A stretch of 64,000 bases of DNA from an uncultured delta proteobacterium (GTDB lineage: Bacteria > Desulfobacterota > Binatia > UBA9968): assembly GCA_963745035.1 (NCBI GenBank), contig CAVUVW010000021.1, positions 192,001-256,000 on the forward strand. The letters are read 5' to 3'. The position numbers were made by a program, and so were the translations under genes. Below, piece by piece: positions 38,867 to 48,277 of the stretch (position 1 is its first letter; every line of letters starts with the position of its first letter). The notes below the pieces were generated by a model. The model was not told the origin of the DNA. It made no database searches and saw nothing but the letters and a program-made list of their open reading frames with translations.

Positions 38867-40066
38867 ATGACCGAATCTCATTCCGGCACAGGAGAAGCGG
38901 AATACGTTTACGTGGGCGAACGCGGCGCGCTGAAAAACCTCGTCGAGCGCCTGAGCGGCGCCGAAAAGATCGCCCTCGACACCGAGGCCGATAGTCTTCA
39001 TAACTACTTCGAAAAAGTCTGCTTGATCCAGCTATCGCTCTGCGGCGCGCACTATCTCGTCGATCCGCTTGCCGGCTTGGACCTGGCCGATTTTCTTGCC
39101 GCGCTAGCGGAGAAGCCGTTGATCGTGCACGGCGGCGATTACGACTTGCGCATGCTGCGGGCATCGACCGGTTTCCGGCCCGGTCGAGAAGTGTTCGATA
39201 CCATGATTGCGGCGCAGCTACTTGGCATCGATCAGGTCGGACTCGCCGCTCTGATCGAGCGATTCTTCGGCGCCGCGATCGGCAAAGAGGGGCAGAAATC
39301 GGACTGGTCGCGCCGGCCGCTGAGCGACCGGCAATTGCGCTACGCGGTCAACGATACGCGCTACCTGGAGGCGCTCGCGGAGCGGCTGGGCGGCGCGCTC
39401 AGCGAAAAAGGGCGGATCGCTTGGCACCAGGAAAGCTGCCGGGCGATGGTGGAGTCTACGGGGCGGGAACGCTCACGCGATCCCGATGAGGCATGGCGCA
39501 TCAAGGGATCTGGACGACTGACGCGCCGCCAATTGGCGTATTTGCGGGAGATGTGGCGCTGGCGCGACGAGCACGCCCGGCGCGTCAATGTGCCGGCGTT
39601 CAAGATATTGGGCAATCAGGAAATGATGGCGCTCTTGCAGTGGGCCGAGTCCCACCCTCGAGAGCCCCTCGATCGAGGGCCGAAGCTGCCGCGCAACATC
39701 GCCGGCGCGCTCCTGATCACGCTCCAGGCCGCGCTCTCCCGCAGCGCCGCCATGCAGCCGGCGGAATGGCCGGAGATAAAGAAGGGAGAGCGCCACGAAG
39801 CACCGCGCAACGACAGCAAGGAAGAGATCGCCGCGCTGCGCGGCGAATGCGCGCGGATGGCCGGAGCGCTCGAGATCGCCCCTTCCACGCTGGCGCCGCG
39901 GGCGGCGCTCGAGACGATCGCGCGCACCCGGCCGCGCACCGTGGAAGAGATCATGGCCAGCGGCGGCCTGCTGCGCTGGCAGGCGGAAACCGTGCGCGCC
40001 GCCGTCGAAAAAATTCTCCATCGCACCGACCTGACCGGGCACGCCAACGCGCGTTCCGGCGTATGA
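38867..40066 (+). CDS. rnd: ribonuclease D (DEDD exonuclease + HRDC)
   Basis: IALDTEADS, CLIQL, YDLRML, FDTMIAAQLLG, DWSRRPL...YAVND. Confidence 0.9.
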   Translation: MTESHSGTGEAEYVYVGERGALKNLVERLSGAEKIALDTEADSLHNYFEKVCLIQLSLCGAHYLVDPLAGLDLADFLAALAEKPLIVHGGDYDLRMLRASTGFRPGREVFDTMIAAQLLGIDQVGLAALIERFFGAAIGKEGQKSDWSRRPLSDRQLRYAVNDTRYLEALAERLGGALSEKGRIAWHQESCRAMVESTGRERSRDPDEAWRIKGSGRLTRRQLAYLREMWRWRDEHARRVNVPAFKILGNQEMMALLQWAESHPREPLDRGPKLPRNIAGALLITLQAALSRSAAMQPAEWPEIKKGERHEAPRNDSKEEIAALRGECARMAGALEIAPSTLAPRAALETIARTRPRTVEEIMASGGLLRWQAETVRAAVEKILHRTDLTGHANARSGV

Positions 40067-40115
40067 TGGCGCCCGCTGTGCGCACTCCCAAGATGAAAGG
40101 CTCGCGACTCTGAAT

Positions 40116-41540
40116 TTGCTCGACTCGTCTCAGGCGCATGCGCGGGTGCGCAGGCTTACCCTGATCAACTCCGTCATCGGCGTGGCGATCGCGGGGATTT
40201 CCACGCGCGTGTTCATGATCTCAGCGCCGACCCTGGCGACGGCCCTGGAGACGGACATGCTCGGGATTTCCTGGGCGCTTATCGTTTACCAGATGGCGGG
40301 CATCGCCCTGGGCGTGATCTGCGGCCGTCTCGGCGACATCTACGGCCATCACAAGAGCTACGGCTTCGGCATGGCGATCATGGCCGCCGGCTCGCTGCTC
40401 TGCGGGCTTGCGCAGGATGTTTTGCAGTTGATTCTATTTCGCTTCGTGCAAGGTGTGGGCGGCGCGATGATTCAATCGTCCGGCCGCGCCCTGGCGTTTC
40501 GCGCGATGCCGCAGGGCTCCGAGGGCAAGGCCCAAGGCCTGATGGCGATGTCGCATCAGTTCGGCTTTTTTGTCGGGCCGCCGATCGGCGGTTTGATCAT
40601 CGACTGGATTCACTGGCGCGGTATTTTTTTCTTTTTGTTCGTGCCGAGCCTGGTCGGCGCCGCGCTGTGCTTTGCCGTCGGCCGCGCCGCCGGGCCGCCG
40701 GAGACGCGCCGGCAAGCGATCGATTACCGCGGCGCGTTGATTTTTTTCGCCCTCACCATTGTCGCTACCTTGCTGCTCGATCAAAAGGTCGCGGAGTTTT
40801 TAGGCGGAGGTAGCCAGACGCTGCTCGCGCTGGCTTTCGCGGCGGGCATCTGGGGCTTCATCGCGGAGGAAAAGAAGGCGCCGAGTCCGATGATTCGCAT
40901 GTCGTTTTTTTCCGTTCCGGTTTTCGGCTATGGCTCGCTCGGCCTGCTGCTCTGCTGCATCACCCAGGGTCTGGTCATGTTCATCGCGCCTTTCTATCTG
41001 CAGGACGTGCTCAAGCTGTCGCCGACGTTCATGGGAGCGCTCTTTCTCGTGCCGTCGGTGCTGAGCATGGGGTTGTCGCCGGTGAGCGGCGCCTTGACCG
41101 ATCGCATCGGCGCGCGCTTTATGCTGATCCTTGGCACGCTCGTCTTGATGGCCGCCTTCGTGATCGGCGCCAATCTGGGCGCTGACACGCATTGGCTCTG
41201 GCCGGCATTGCTGCTCGCGCTCACGGGCGTCGGCGCGGCGCTCTTCAACACGCCGTCCCAGGCGGTGATGATCGGCTCGCTGCCCAAAGAAAACTGGGGC
41301 ACGGCGATCGGCATCATCAACGGCATCTTTGGACTGGGCCACATGCTGGGCATTTCTCTCAGCGGCATTCTGTTGACTCTCGCGTTTCGCTACTATTCGG
41401 GTATTCCCGGGACCACGCCCAATCTCGCCGACACGCAAGTTTTCGTCGCTTCGATGAACGCCACCTACTGGTTTGCCCTCGCCGTAAGCGTAGTGCCGCT
41501 GCTGACCTCGTTGAAGATGAGAAAAAGCAGTGGAAGCTAA
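40116..41540 (+). CDS. MFS transporter (14-TM DHA2-like)
   Basis: GRLGDIYG, FRFVQGVGGA, GPPIGG, WRGIFF. Confidence 0.9.
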   Translation: MLDSSQAHARVRRLTLINSVIGVAIAGISTRVFMISAPTLATALETDMLGISWALIVYQMAGIALGVICGRLGDIYGHHKSYGFGMAIMAAGSLLCGLAQDVLQLILFRFVQGVGGAMIQSSGRALAFRAMPQGSEGKAQGLMAMSHQFGFFVGPPIGGLIIDWIHWRGIFFFLFVPSLVGAALCFAVGRAAGPPETRRQAIDYRGALIFFALTIVATLLLDQKVAEFLGGGSQTLLALAFAAGIWGFIAEEKKAPSPMIRMSFFSVPVFGYGSLGLLLCCITQGLVMFIAPFYLQDVLKLSPTFMGALFLVPSVLSMGLSPVSGALTDRIGARFMLILGTLVLMAAFVIGANLGADTHWLWPALLLALTGVGAALFNTPSQAVMIGSLPKENWGTAIGIINGIFGLGHMLGISLSGILLTLAFRYYSGIPGTTPNLADTQVFVASMNATYWFALAVSVVPLLTSLKMRKSSGS

Positions 41541-41577
41541 ACACTCAAGATTAAAATCCGCTCGGCGCGGACGCGCT

Positions 41578-42636
41578 TCAATAGCCGCGCTCCCAGTCGA
41601 TAAGATTCTCCAGCGGCCGGCCCTCCAGATAACGCGCCAGGTTTTCGCAAAATAGATTCAACCCGCCGTGCTCGGAGACGTCGGTGGCCGCCGACACGTG
41701 GGGCGTAATGACGACCCGCTCGTGACGCCAAAGGCGCGCATCCGGCGCCCGCTCGAATTCTCCGTCATACACGTCCAGGGCCACGCCGCGAAGTTTTCCC
41801 GCCGCCAGAGCCTGAAGCAGCGCTTCTTCGTCGATGATCTCGCCGCGCGCGATGTTGACGAGAGTGGTTCCGGTTTTCATCGCGGCGAAAGCCGCCGGGC
41901 CGATCAGTCGATCGGTTTCCTTGGTCCAGGGGCAGCAAACGGCGACGAACTCGCTTTCGCCGAGCAGATCATGCAGACGGTCGGCGCCTTCGATGCGCGC
42001 GAAGCCCGGCGGCAGCGCCGCGCCGGACGTACCCCGTCGGCTGGTGCCGACCACGCGCATGCCCGCGGCGGCGCAGAGCATGCCCACTTCGCGGCCGATG
42101 CCGCCGGCGCCGATAACACATGCGGTCTTGTCGCGCAGGATGACCGGATCGTAAGCGCGGTGGTCGAAACGTCCATGGTGCTTTTCCCGGTAGCTCAGAT
42201 GGAAGCCGCGGGCGAAATGCAGAAAGCTCGCCAGCACGTACTCGGCCATGGGACGGCGATTGGTGAGGCCGCGCGAAGTGGTGACGCGGACATCGGCGCC
42301 CCAGAGATCGGTGCCGAAAAAATTACTCGCGCCGGCGGGCAGCTCGTGCACCCATTTCAACCGCGGCGCGCGCGCCCGCAGATCTTTGAGCGGCGGCCAG
42401 CCGGTGAGCACGACCTCCGCCTCGGCGAGGGCGCGATTGCGCTGATCGACGGTGGTGACCGGCGATTCTCTGCCTGCGATGTAGCGATCGACGGTCCAGC
42501 GCGGCCAGGCGGCGCGCAGTTCGACGTCGAACCAGCCGCCCGCGTCGATGAGCTGGACTTGCCGGCCGACGCTCTGAATGCGCTTCAAAACCGGTTCGGC
42601 CAGCTTCGGCATGGTCAAGACGTTCACGGTTTCCAT
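41578..42636 (-). CDS. D-isomer-specific 2-hydroxyacid dehydrogenase
   Basis: GAGGIG, LVNIARG, ALDV, ITPHVS. Confidence 0.92.
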   Translation of the reverse strand: METVNVLTMPKLAEPVLKRIQSVGRQVQLIDAGGWFDVELRAAWPRWTVDRYIAGRESPVTTVDQRNRALAEAEVVLTGWPPLKDLRARAPRLKWVHELPAGASNFFGTDLWGADVRVTTSRGLTNRRPMAEYVLASFLHFARGFHLSYREKHHGRFDHRAYDPVILRDKTACVIGAGGIGREVGMLCAAAGMRVVGTSRRGTSGAALPPGFARIEGADRLHDLLGESEFVAVCCPWTKETDRLIGPAAFAAMKTGTTLVNIARGEIIDEEALLQALAAGKLRGVALDVYDGEFERAPDARLWRHERVVITPHVSAATDVSEHGGLNLFCENLARYLEGRPLENLIDWERGY

Positions 42637-42669
42637 AAAGCGAACAGTACCGGATGCCGAGAAGATCTC

Positions 42670-42824
42670 CTAGCAGGCCGCTGAAAAAGACCCATAGGCT
42701 TCGTTGCGCTCAATCGCCTCGCGTCAATGTACTACCGGTGTACGCCTCCGCTCGGCGATTTATCGCGCGCCTCGCCTCTGGATCTTTTTGAGCCGCCCGC
42801 AAGAGGTTTTTGGCAGTCTCCTAG
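42670..42824. mobile_element. MITE-like non-coding element bounded by CTAG
   Basis: CTAG at 42670 and 42821; imperfect 20-bp inverted repeats 42674-42693 and 42780-42799 (16/20). Confidence 0.55.
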
Positions 42825-42987
42825 CGGCGGTTGCGGCCAGAGCAAGCGCCGGCATGCAGGCCCTCGCCGCCAAGGACGTATTTTCTCATTTCCATACGGC
42901 AAGAAAACATTTTCTCGGCGGCCCGGATTTTGGTCGGCGGCCGTGGTACTTTTTACTGAAAGGGGTCTGCGGGCGAAGATAAGGATC

Positions 42988-44310
42988 ATGACCAAGAGTT
43001 TTTACACCGCCGTGGCGGAGTTTCTCAAAGTCTGGGGTGTGCTCGCGTTGATCATCGCCGCCGGCTTCGTGTTCACCTACCAATATGTGGGCGCGCCGCC
43101 GCCGAAAACGGTGCGCATCGCCACTGGCGCGAAAGAGGGCGCCTACTACACCTTCGCCGAGCAGTACGCGCGCCTCTTGGCGGAAGATGGCATCGTTCTC
43201 GAAGTGGTGCAGACGGCGGGTTCGGTGGAAAATCTCGCGTTGCTGCGAAAAGGCGACGTTACGCTCGCGTTGGTGCAGGGCGGCAGCGCGACCAAGGAAG
43301 ACAAGGAAGGCCTGCAATCGTTGGGCAGCCTGTTTCTCGAGCCCCTTTGGATTCTTACTCGGGAACAAAAGCCGGTGAAGGAATTTTCGGCCTTGAAAGG
43401 CCACCGACTCGCGGTCGGAAGCGAGGGAAGCGGCACCTATTTTCTGGCCAGACAGCTACTGGCTGCGGGCGGCATCGACGAATCGAATACAACGTTGGTG
43501 ACGGCCGACTCGGCGACGGCTCTCGCAGGGCTGACTCAGGGATCATTCGACGCCGCGTTCTTTGTCGCCTCATTCCGGGCGCCGCTGATTCGCGGGATTT
43601 TGGACCGACCGAATCTCCGACTCGTCGATTTCGACCGGGCCGCAGCCTATGCCCGGTGGTTTCCGTTCTTGACTCCGGTGACTCTGAGCGAGGGCGTGTT
43701 GGACCTGCAAAAAAACCTGCCGCGGCGCGACATCACTCTGGTCGCGGTAACGGCCAACTTGGCGGCGCGCCGGGATCTCAATGCGAGTCTGATTCCGGTG
43801 CTCCTCAACGCGCTTTCACAAGTCCACCAGACCGGAGGCCTGCTGGAGCGCAGGCGGCAGTTTCCATCCATCGATTTCGTCGACCTGCCGCTCAATCAGG
43901 ACGCCGCCCGCTACATCGTCAACGGGCCGTCGTTTCTCTATCGCTGGCTGCCCTATGGCTGGGCCGTGCTCCTCGATCGCTTGAAAATTCTGATCGTCCC
44001 TTTCCTGGCCTTGTTGATTCCGCTGTTTCGCATCGCACCGCCGCTCTACAATTGGCGTATTCGCTCGAAAATCTATCGCTGGTACGCGTCCGTGCGGGAA
44101 ATCGACTCGACCGTACAGAAACATGAAAGCGTCGACGCCAATTCGCTGCTGCGGCGCCTCGCGGATCTCGAACGCGAAGTCGCTTCGGTATCGGTGCCGC
44201 TATCGTACACCGGTGAACTCTACAATCTGCGGCTCCATATCGACCTCTTGCAACAGGAGCTTGAGAAGAGGAAAGTCGCCAAGCAAACGGAGCGAAGGGA
44301 AGCGTCATGA
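42988..44310 (+). CDS. TAXI-family TRAP solute receptor with C-terminal membrane extension
   Basis: RIATGAKEGAY, TAGSVENL, LVQGG, GSEGSGT, IRSKIYRWY. Confidence 0.85.
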   Translation: MTKSFYTAVAEFLKVWGVLALIIAAGFVFTYQYVGAPPPKTVRIATGAKEGAYYTFAEQYARLLAEDGIVLEVVQTAGSVENLALLRKGDVTLALVQGGSATKEDKEGLQSLGSLFLEPLWILTREQKPVKEFSALKGHRLAVGSEGSGTYFLARQLLAAGGIDESNTTLVTADSATALAGLTQGSFDAAFFVASFRAPLIRGILDRPNLRLVDFDRAAAYARWFPFLTPVTLSEGVLDLQKNLPRRDITLVAVTANLAARRDLNASLIPVLLNALSQVHQTGGLLERRRQFPSIDFVDLPLNQDAARYIVNGPSFLYRWLPYGWAVLLDRLKILIVPFLALLIPLFRIAPPLYNWRIRSKIYRWYASVREIDSTVQKHESVDANSLLRRLADLEREVASVSVPLSYTGELYNLRLHIDLLQQELEKRKVAKQTERREAS

Positions 44311-45146
44311 CTTTGTCGACCCACAACGGCGTTTCCGTGCCGTCTTTCATGTACGGCACGGCGTGGAAAAAAGGCGCCACCGCCGCTTTGGTGCGGGCGG
44401 CCGTCGGCGCCGGATTCAAGGCCATCGATACCGCGAATCAACTGATTCATTATGAGGAAGCGCTGGTCGGCGAGGGGCTGCGCGCGCTTGAAAAAGAAGG
44501 TGTCACGCGCGAGACCCTGTTTCTGCAAACCAAATTCACTTCGACCGCCGGGCAAGATCATCGAACTCCCTACGACCCTGCGGCGCCGCTGACCGTGCAG
44601 GTGCGACAGTCCTTCGAAAGCTCGCTGCAACATCTCGGCACCGACTATCTCGATTCCTATGTTCTGCATGCGCCGTTTCAGCGGCGCGGCTTGGGCGAGG
44701 CGGATTGGGAAGTTTGGGCGGCGATGGAGGAGCTTTGCCGATCGGGCAAGACGAAAACCATCGGCGTCAGCAACATTACCGCGGCACAGCTCGCGCAGCT
44801 CTGCGGCGAGGCGCGCCTCAAGCCGATGTTCGTGCAGAACCGCTGCTTCGCTGCGCTCGGATGGGACAGGGAAGTGCGCGACATGTGCCGCAATCACGGC
44901 ATCATCTACCAGGGCTTTTCGCTTCTGACGGCAAACGGCAAAGTTCTCGCGGACCGGGAAGTTCACGATATCGCGAGCCGGCACGGCGCCGGAGTCGCGC
45001 AAGTTATTTTCCGGTTCGCCATGCAAATCGGCATGCTGCCATTGACCGGAACGACGAGCCTAGAGCATATGCAAGAAGATCTGGCGGCGGAGACGATTTC
45101 TCTGACGGATGAGGAGCTGCGGCGGATCGAAAGCGTAGGCTTGTAA
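44307..45146 (+). CDS. aldo/keto reductase
   Basis: YGTAWK, IDTAN, FLQTKFT, DYLDSYVLH, IGVSN. Confidence 0.92.
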   Translation: MTLSTHNGVSVPSFMYGTAWKKGATAALVRAAVGAGFKAIDTANQLIHYEEALVGEGLRALEKEGVTRETLFLQTKFTSTAGQDHRTPYDPAAPLTVQVRQSFESSLQHLGTDYLDSYVLHAPFQRRGLGEADWEVWAAMEELCRSGKTKTIGVSNITAAQLAQLCGEARLKPMFVQNRCFAALGWDREVRDMCRNHGIIYQGFSLLTANGKVLADREVHDIASRHGAGVAQVIFRFAMQIGMLPLTGTTSLEHMQEDLAAETISLTDEELRRIESVGL

Positions 45147-45276
45147 AGTCCCGGCAATTTCATAGACCGGCGCGTGAGAGATCGGACAATCATCGGCAGT
45201 GGTTGGCTGATTGTTTTGACCTTTGCTTCGCGCTGAATTATTTCCTGACCCACATCCAGCAGCGAGGCCGGACCCA

Positions 45277-45564
45277 ATGGCCGATCCTCTCATAGCTGTG
45301 CGCGATGTCCGTGTGCGACACGGCGCGGCTACGGTTCTCGACCTTCCATCCTTCGAGGTTCATGACGGCGAGATCGTCGCGATCATCGGCCCCAACGACG
45401 CGGGTAAATCCACTCTTCTGCGCGTGATCGGATTGCTCCAACGGCCCACCTGCGGGAGCGTTTGTTTCCGCGGCGCGAGGGCCACCCCGCAAAATTCTCT
45501 CGCGCTGCGCCGGCGCATGCGGCGCGCCGTATTGGAGATCGCGCGCCGCCGCTTTATACTCTAA
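45277..45564 (+). pseudogene. truncated ABC ATPase remnant
   Basis: Degenerate Walker A GPNDAGKST; ORF ends before signature and Walker B motifs. Confidence 0.6.
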
Positions 45565-45597
45565 ACGAGCGAACGAAAGGACATCGAGGAGAGCGAG

Positions 45598-45918
45598 ATG
45601 GCGCTACCACTGCTGCAAATCGCCAAGCTGCTAGCCCAACTGGCGACGATTGGTCCGGTCGTCAACGAGGGCGCCGACAGGATCCGCAAGCTCGTCGAAA
45701 CCGTGCGGAAAGGCGACGGGAACACGGCAAAACAACTGGAAGCGCTCCGACAGGCGGTCGAATTGCAGAGCGCGGTGAACAAGAAAGTGGACGATCAACT
45801 GCAAATTATCGAGTCGGTGCTGATGAACGTGCAAAAGTCGCTGAAAATTTTGACTTTCACGAGCGCGATTATCGGCATTTTGGCGGTCGCGGCATTGGCC
45901 ACGGCCGTCCTGAAATGA
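45598..45918 (+). CDS. hypothetical coiled-coil protein with C-terminal TM
   Basis: GAGGAG RBS; heptad-rich middle, hydrophobic C-terminus. Confidence 0.7.
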   Translation: MALPLLQIAKLLAQLATIGPVVNEGADRIRKLVETVRKGDGNTAKQLEALRQAVELQSAVNKKVDDQLQIIESVLMNVQKSLKILTFTSAIIGILAVAALATAVLK

Positions 45919-45943
45919 CAATCCAACGATTGGCGGAGGAGCG

Positions 45944-46162
45944 ATGGCGATCTTTCAATCCTTGGCGAATGCCTTGAAAGTCCTGGCGGTGGGCGATCGG
46001 GTCAAGGTGACTCTACGTCCCGAGACCGGAGCCTTTCCCAATCCGATGGACGGACGGATTGCCGAAAAGGACGAAGCGGGAAATCTGTCGCTGAACTCGG
46101 AACGCGGCGTTGTGGGCATTCGCGCCGAAGACATCATCTCGATCACCAAGCTGCCGGGCTAG
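45944..46162 (+). CDS. small hypothetical protein, possible Sm/SH3-like beta barrel
   Basis: GGAGG RBS; VGDRVKVTL...GRI...IRAEDIISI pattern. Confidence 0.6.
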   Translation: MAIFQSLANALKVLAVGDRVKVTLRPETGAFPNPMDGRIAEKDEAGNLSLNSERGVVGIRAEDIISITKLPG

Positions 46163-46183
46163 CTTCGGCTTCCACGCTTCCTC

Positions 46184-46417
46184 ATGGCAGAGTGCAACCA
46201 CGTCAACCTCGAGCTTCTGCCGTCGCGAAAGCGCGCGCTGCGCTGCCGGCAGTGCCATTTGACTCTCGATCCCGAAGAGGCAGCCGACGGCCACTGTCCA
46301 GAGTGTTTCGAACGCTCCGGACAGCGCTACCGCGACTTCGACGAGCTGGAATCCGCCGGCGACGACGCGGCGACGTACCGCTGCGAAGCATGTGGCGTGA
46401 TCGTCAAGTGGCCGTAG
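46184..46417 (+). CDS. small zinc-finger-like protein
   Basis: CNH, CRQCH, CPEC, CEAC motifs in 77 aa. Confidence 0.7.
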   Translation: MAECNHVNLELLPSRKRALRCRQCHLTLDPEEAADGHCPECFERSGQRYRDFDELESAGDDAATYRCEACGVIVKWP

Positions 46418-46507
46418 CAGGCAGAGGCTCTTTTCAAGCCTGTTTGGCGCTTTGCCGCGCGCTCTAACGCGGCGGGCGGCGAGGGCCTTTTTGTAGTCGC
46501 GTTCAGC

Positions 46508-46960
46508 CTACGAGGGCGGTTGGCGCTGCTTCATGTGTTCGTCGCCGCGGCGCTTGAGCTCTTCGGGAGAAACGTCTTCTTTGTGGGTGGCGATCCACCA
46601 GCTGTTGCCGGAAGGATCTTTGACCCCGCCCTGCCGGTCGCCGTAGAATTGATCCGCCGGCTCCATAATCGAAGTCGCGCCGGCTTGGAGCGCGCGTTTG
46701 TAGACCGCGTCCGAATCCTGGACATAGAGAACCAAGGCGCAGGGCATCGGCTTCCATTGCTCCGAGGCTTCGCCCAGCATCATCATGGAGTCGCCGATCT
46801 TGATCTCCGCGTGCATGATGCTGCCGTCGGGAGCGGGCATGCGGAAGGTTTCCTGGGCATCAAACGCCTGCTTCAGGAAATCGACCAACTTGCTTGCGCC
46901 TGTGGCGACGAGGTAGGGCGTGATTGCATGGTATCCGTCGGGAATCGGTTTGACTGCCAT
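46508..46960 (-). CDS. VOC/PhnB-like glyoxalase family protein
   Basis: MAVKPIPDGYHAITPYL, HAEIKIGDS, DQFYGDRQGGVKDPSGNSW. Confidence 0.92.
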   Translation of the reverse strand: MAVKPIPDGYHAITPYLVATGASKLVDFLKQAFDAQETFRMPAPDGSIMHAEIKIGDSMMMLGEASEQWKPMPCALVLYVQDSDAVYKRALQAGATSIMEPADQFYGDRQGGVKDPSGNSWWIATHKEDVSPEELKRRGDEHMKQRQPPS

Positions 46961-47087
46961 CGCGGGTCCCTCCGTTCGATTTTCTCGTTTCACTCCCAGC
47001 CTAGCGCGTATAGACGGGCAAGCAATGGCTTCGCAAGAAATTCATCTGCGACGCGACGCCGGCTGCGGCAACGCCTCGCGAAGCGCG

Positions 47088-48203
47088 CTACCAGGCCTCA
47101 TCCATAGTTCGCAGGATTTGCGCGTGAGTCGCGGGCGTGTCGAGCTTTCGTTCGCGGAGCTCGGCCCGGCAGATGCGCCGGTGAAAGGCGAGCGCTGCCT
47201 GGTGGACGATCATCGGCTTGCCGTTCATGACCGGATGTCCGGTGGATTGCCCGTGGCGCAGGAAAACGGTTTCCTCCGGATGATAGATGAGATCGTAAAA
47301 AGCGGTATGCGGCGGAATCGCGGCGGCGAGCTTTAGCGAGGCCTGGTGATTCGCGTGGATGTCCCTGCCGGCGGATTCGAGCCATTTTCTCTCGAACTCC
47401 GGAAGGTCGAATTCCGCTGCCGCGAACGACGGCGGATGCGCCGGCGCCAAAGCGGAATAGGGCTCGAGCAGGGTCGCTTTACCGTCCGGCAACTTGCGCA
47501 GGCCACCCTGGCCCTTGGTAGTGCAGTTGACAATCAGTCCGACTCGGGGCGCCCACGAAGATAATTCCTCCTCGCCGATCGCCATGGCGTCGCCGCCGGC
47601 CTTTCTTATTTCTTCGGCGAGCGACACGGCTTGTTCCCCGGTGCGGTTGCAAATCAACAGTTTGCCGCCCGCCAGTTGATCGGCGACGTGAAATCCGACC
47701 GCGCGGGCCGAGCCGCCGGCGCCGAGCAGCAACACATTCATTTCGCGCAGCGACGGCAGAAAAATTCCCGCATCGCCGGGCCGGCGAGCTTGTAGGCTGT
47801 CGATGAAGCCTTCGCCGTCGGTGTTGTAGCCGACGAGCCTGCCGCCGGCTTCGCGCACGATCGTGTTGACCGCCTGAATTCGCCGCGCGCCGGGATCGAT
47901 GGCGTCGAGAAAGTTCATCACTCGGACTTTGTGCGGCACGGTGACGTTGGCGCCGAGAAAATTCGCGCAGCGTTTGAGCGCGCCGATGAGATCGCCGAGG
48001 CGGGTGCCGTCGACGTCGAAGGGCAGATAGAGGGCGTCGATGCCCAGGCGGCGAAACGCGGCGTTCCATAAGCGCGGGCTTTTGGAATACTGCGACGGCG
48101 CATCGCCGATCACGCCGGCGAAAGATTGGCCGGCGGCAAACGTAGCGTCGAGCCGGTTGGACAGGCACCGGCCGATCGCGGCGAGATCTTCCGAGGAAAT
48201 CAT
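47088..48203 (-). CDS. shikimate dehydrogenase family protein
   Basis: SKSP, GANVTVPHK, AVNT, NTDGEG, GAGGSAR, YDLIY. Confidence 0.88.
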   Translation of the reverse strand: MISSEDLAAIGRCLSNRLDATFAAGQSFAGVIGDAPSQYSKSPRLWNAAFRRLGIDALYLPFDVDGTRLGDLIGALKRCANFLGANVTVPHKVRVMNFLDAIDPGARRIQAVNTIVREAGGRLVGYNTDGEGFIDSLQARRPGDAGIFLPSLREMNVLLLGAGGSARAVGFHVADQLAGGKLLICNRTGEQAVSLAEEIRKAGGDAMAIGEEELSSWAPRVGLIVNCTTKGQGGLRKLPDGKATLLEPYSALAPAHPPSFAAAEFDLPEFERKWLESAGRDIHANHQASLKLAAAIPPHTAFYDLIYHPEETVFLRHGQSTGHPVMNGKPMIVHQAALAFHRRICRAELRERKLDTPATHAQILRTMDEAW

Positions 48204-48277
48204 GAGCGCGTTCCGCCAGCGCTCCAGTCGTTACACGGCGACAAAACGTTCGCAAGCACGATAAAAACGTCGGCGCG

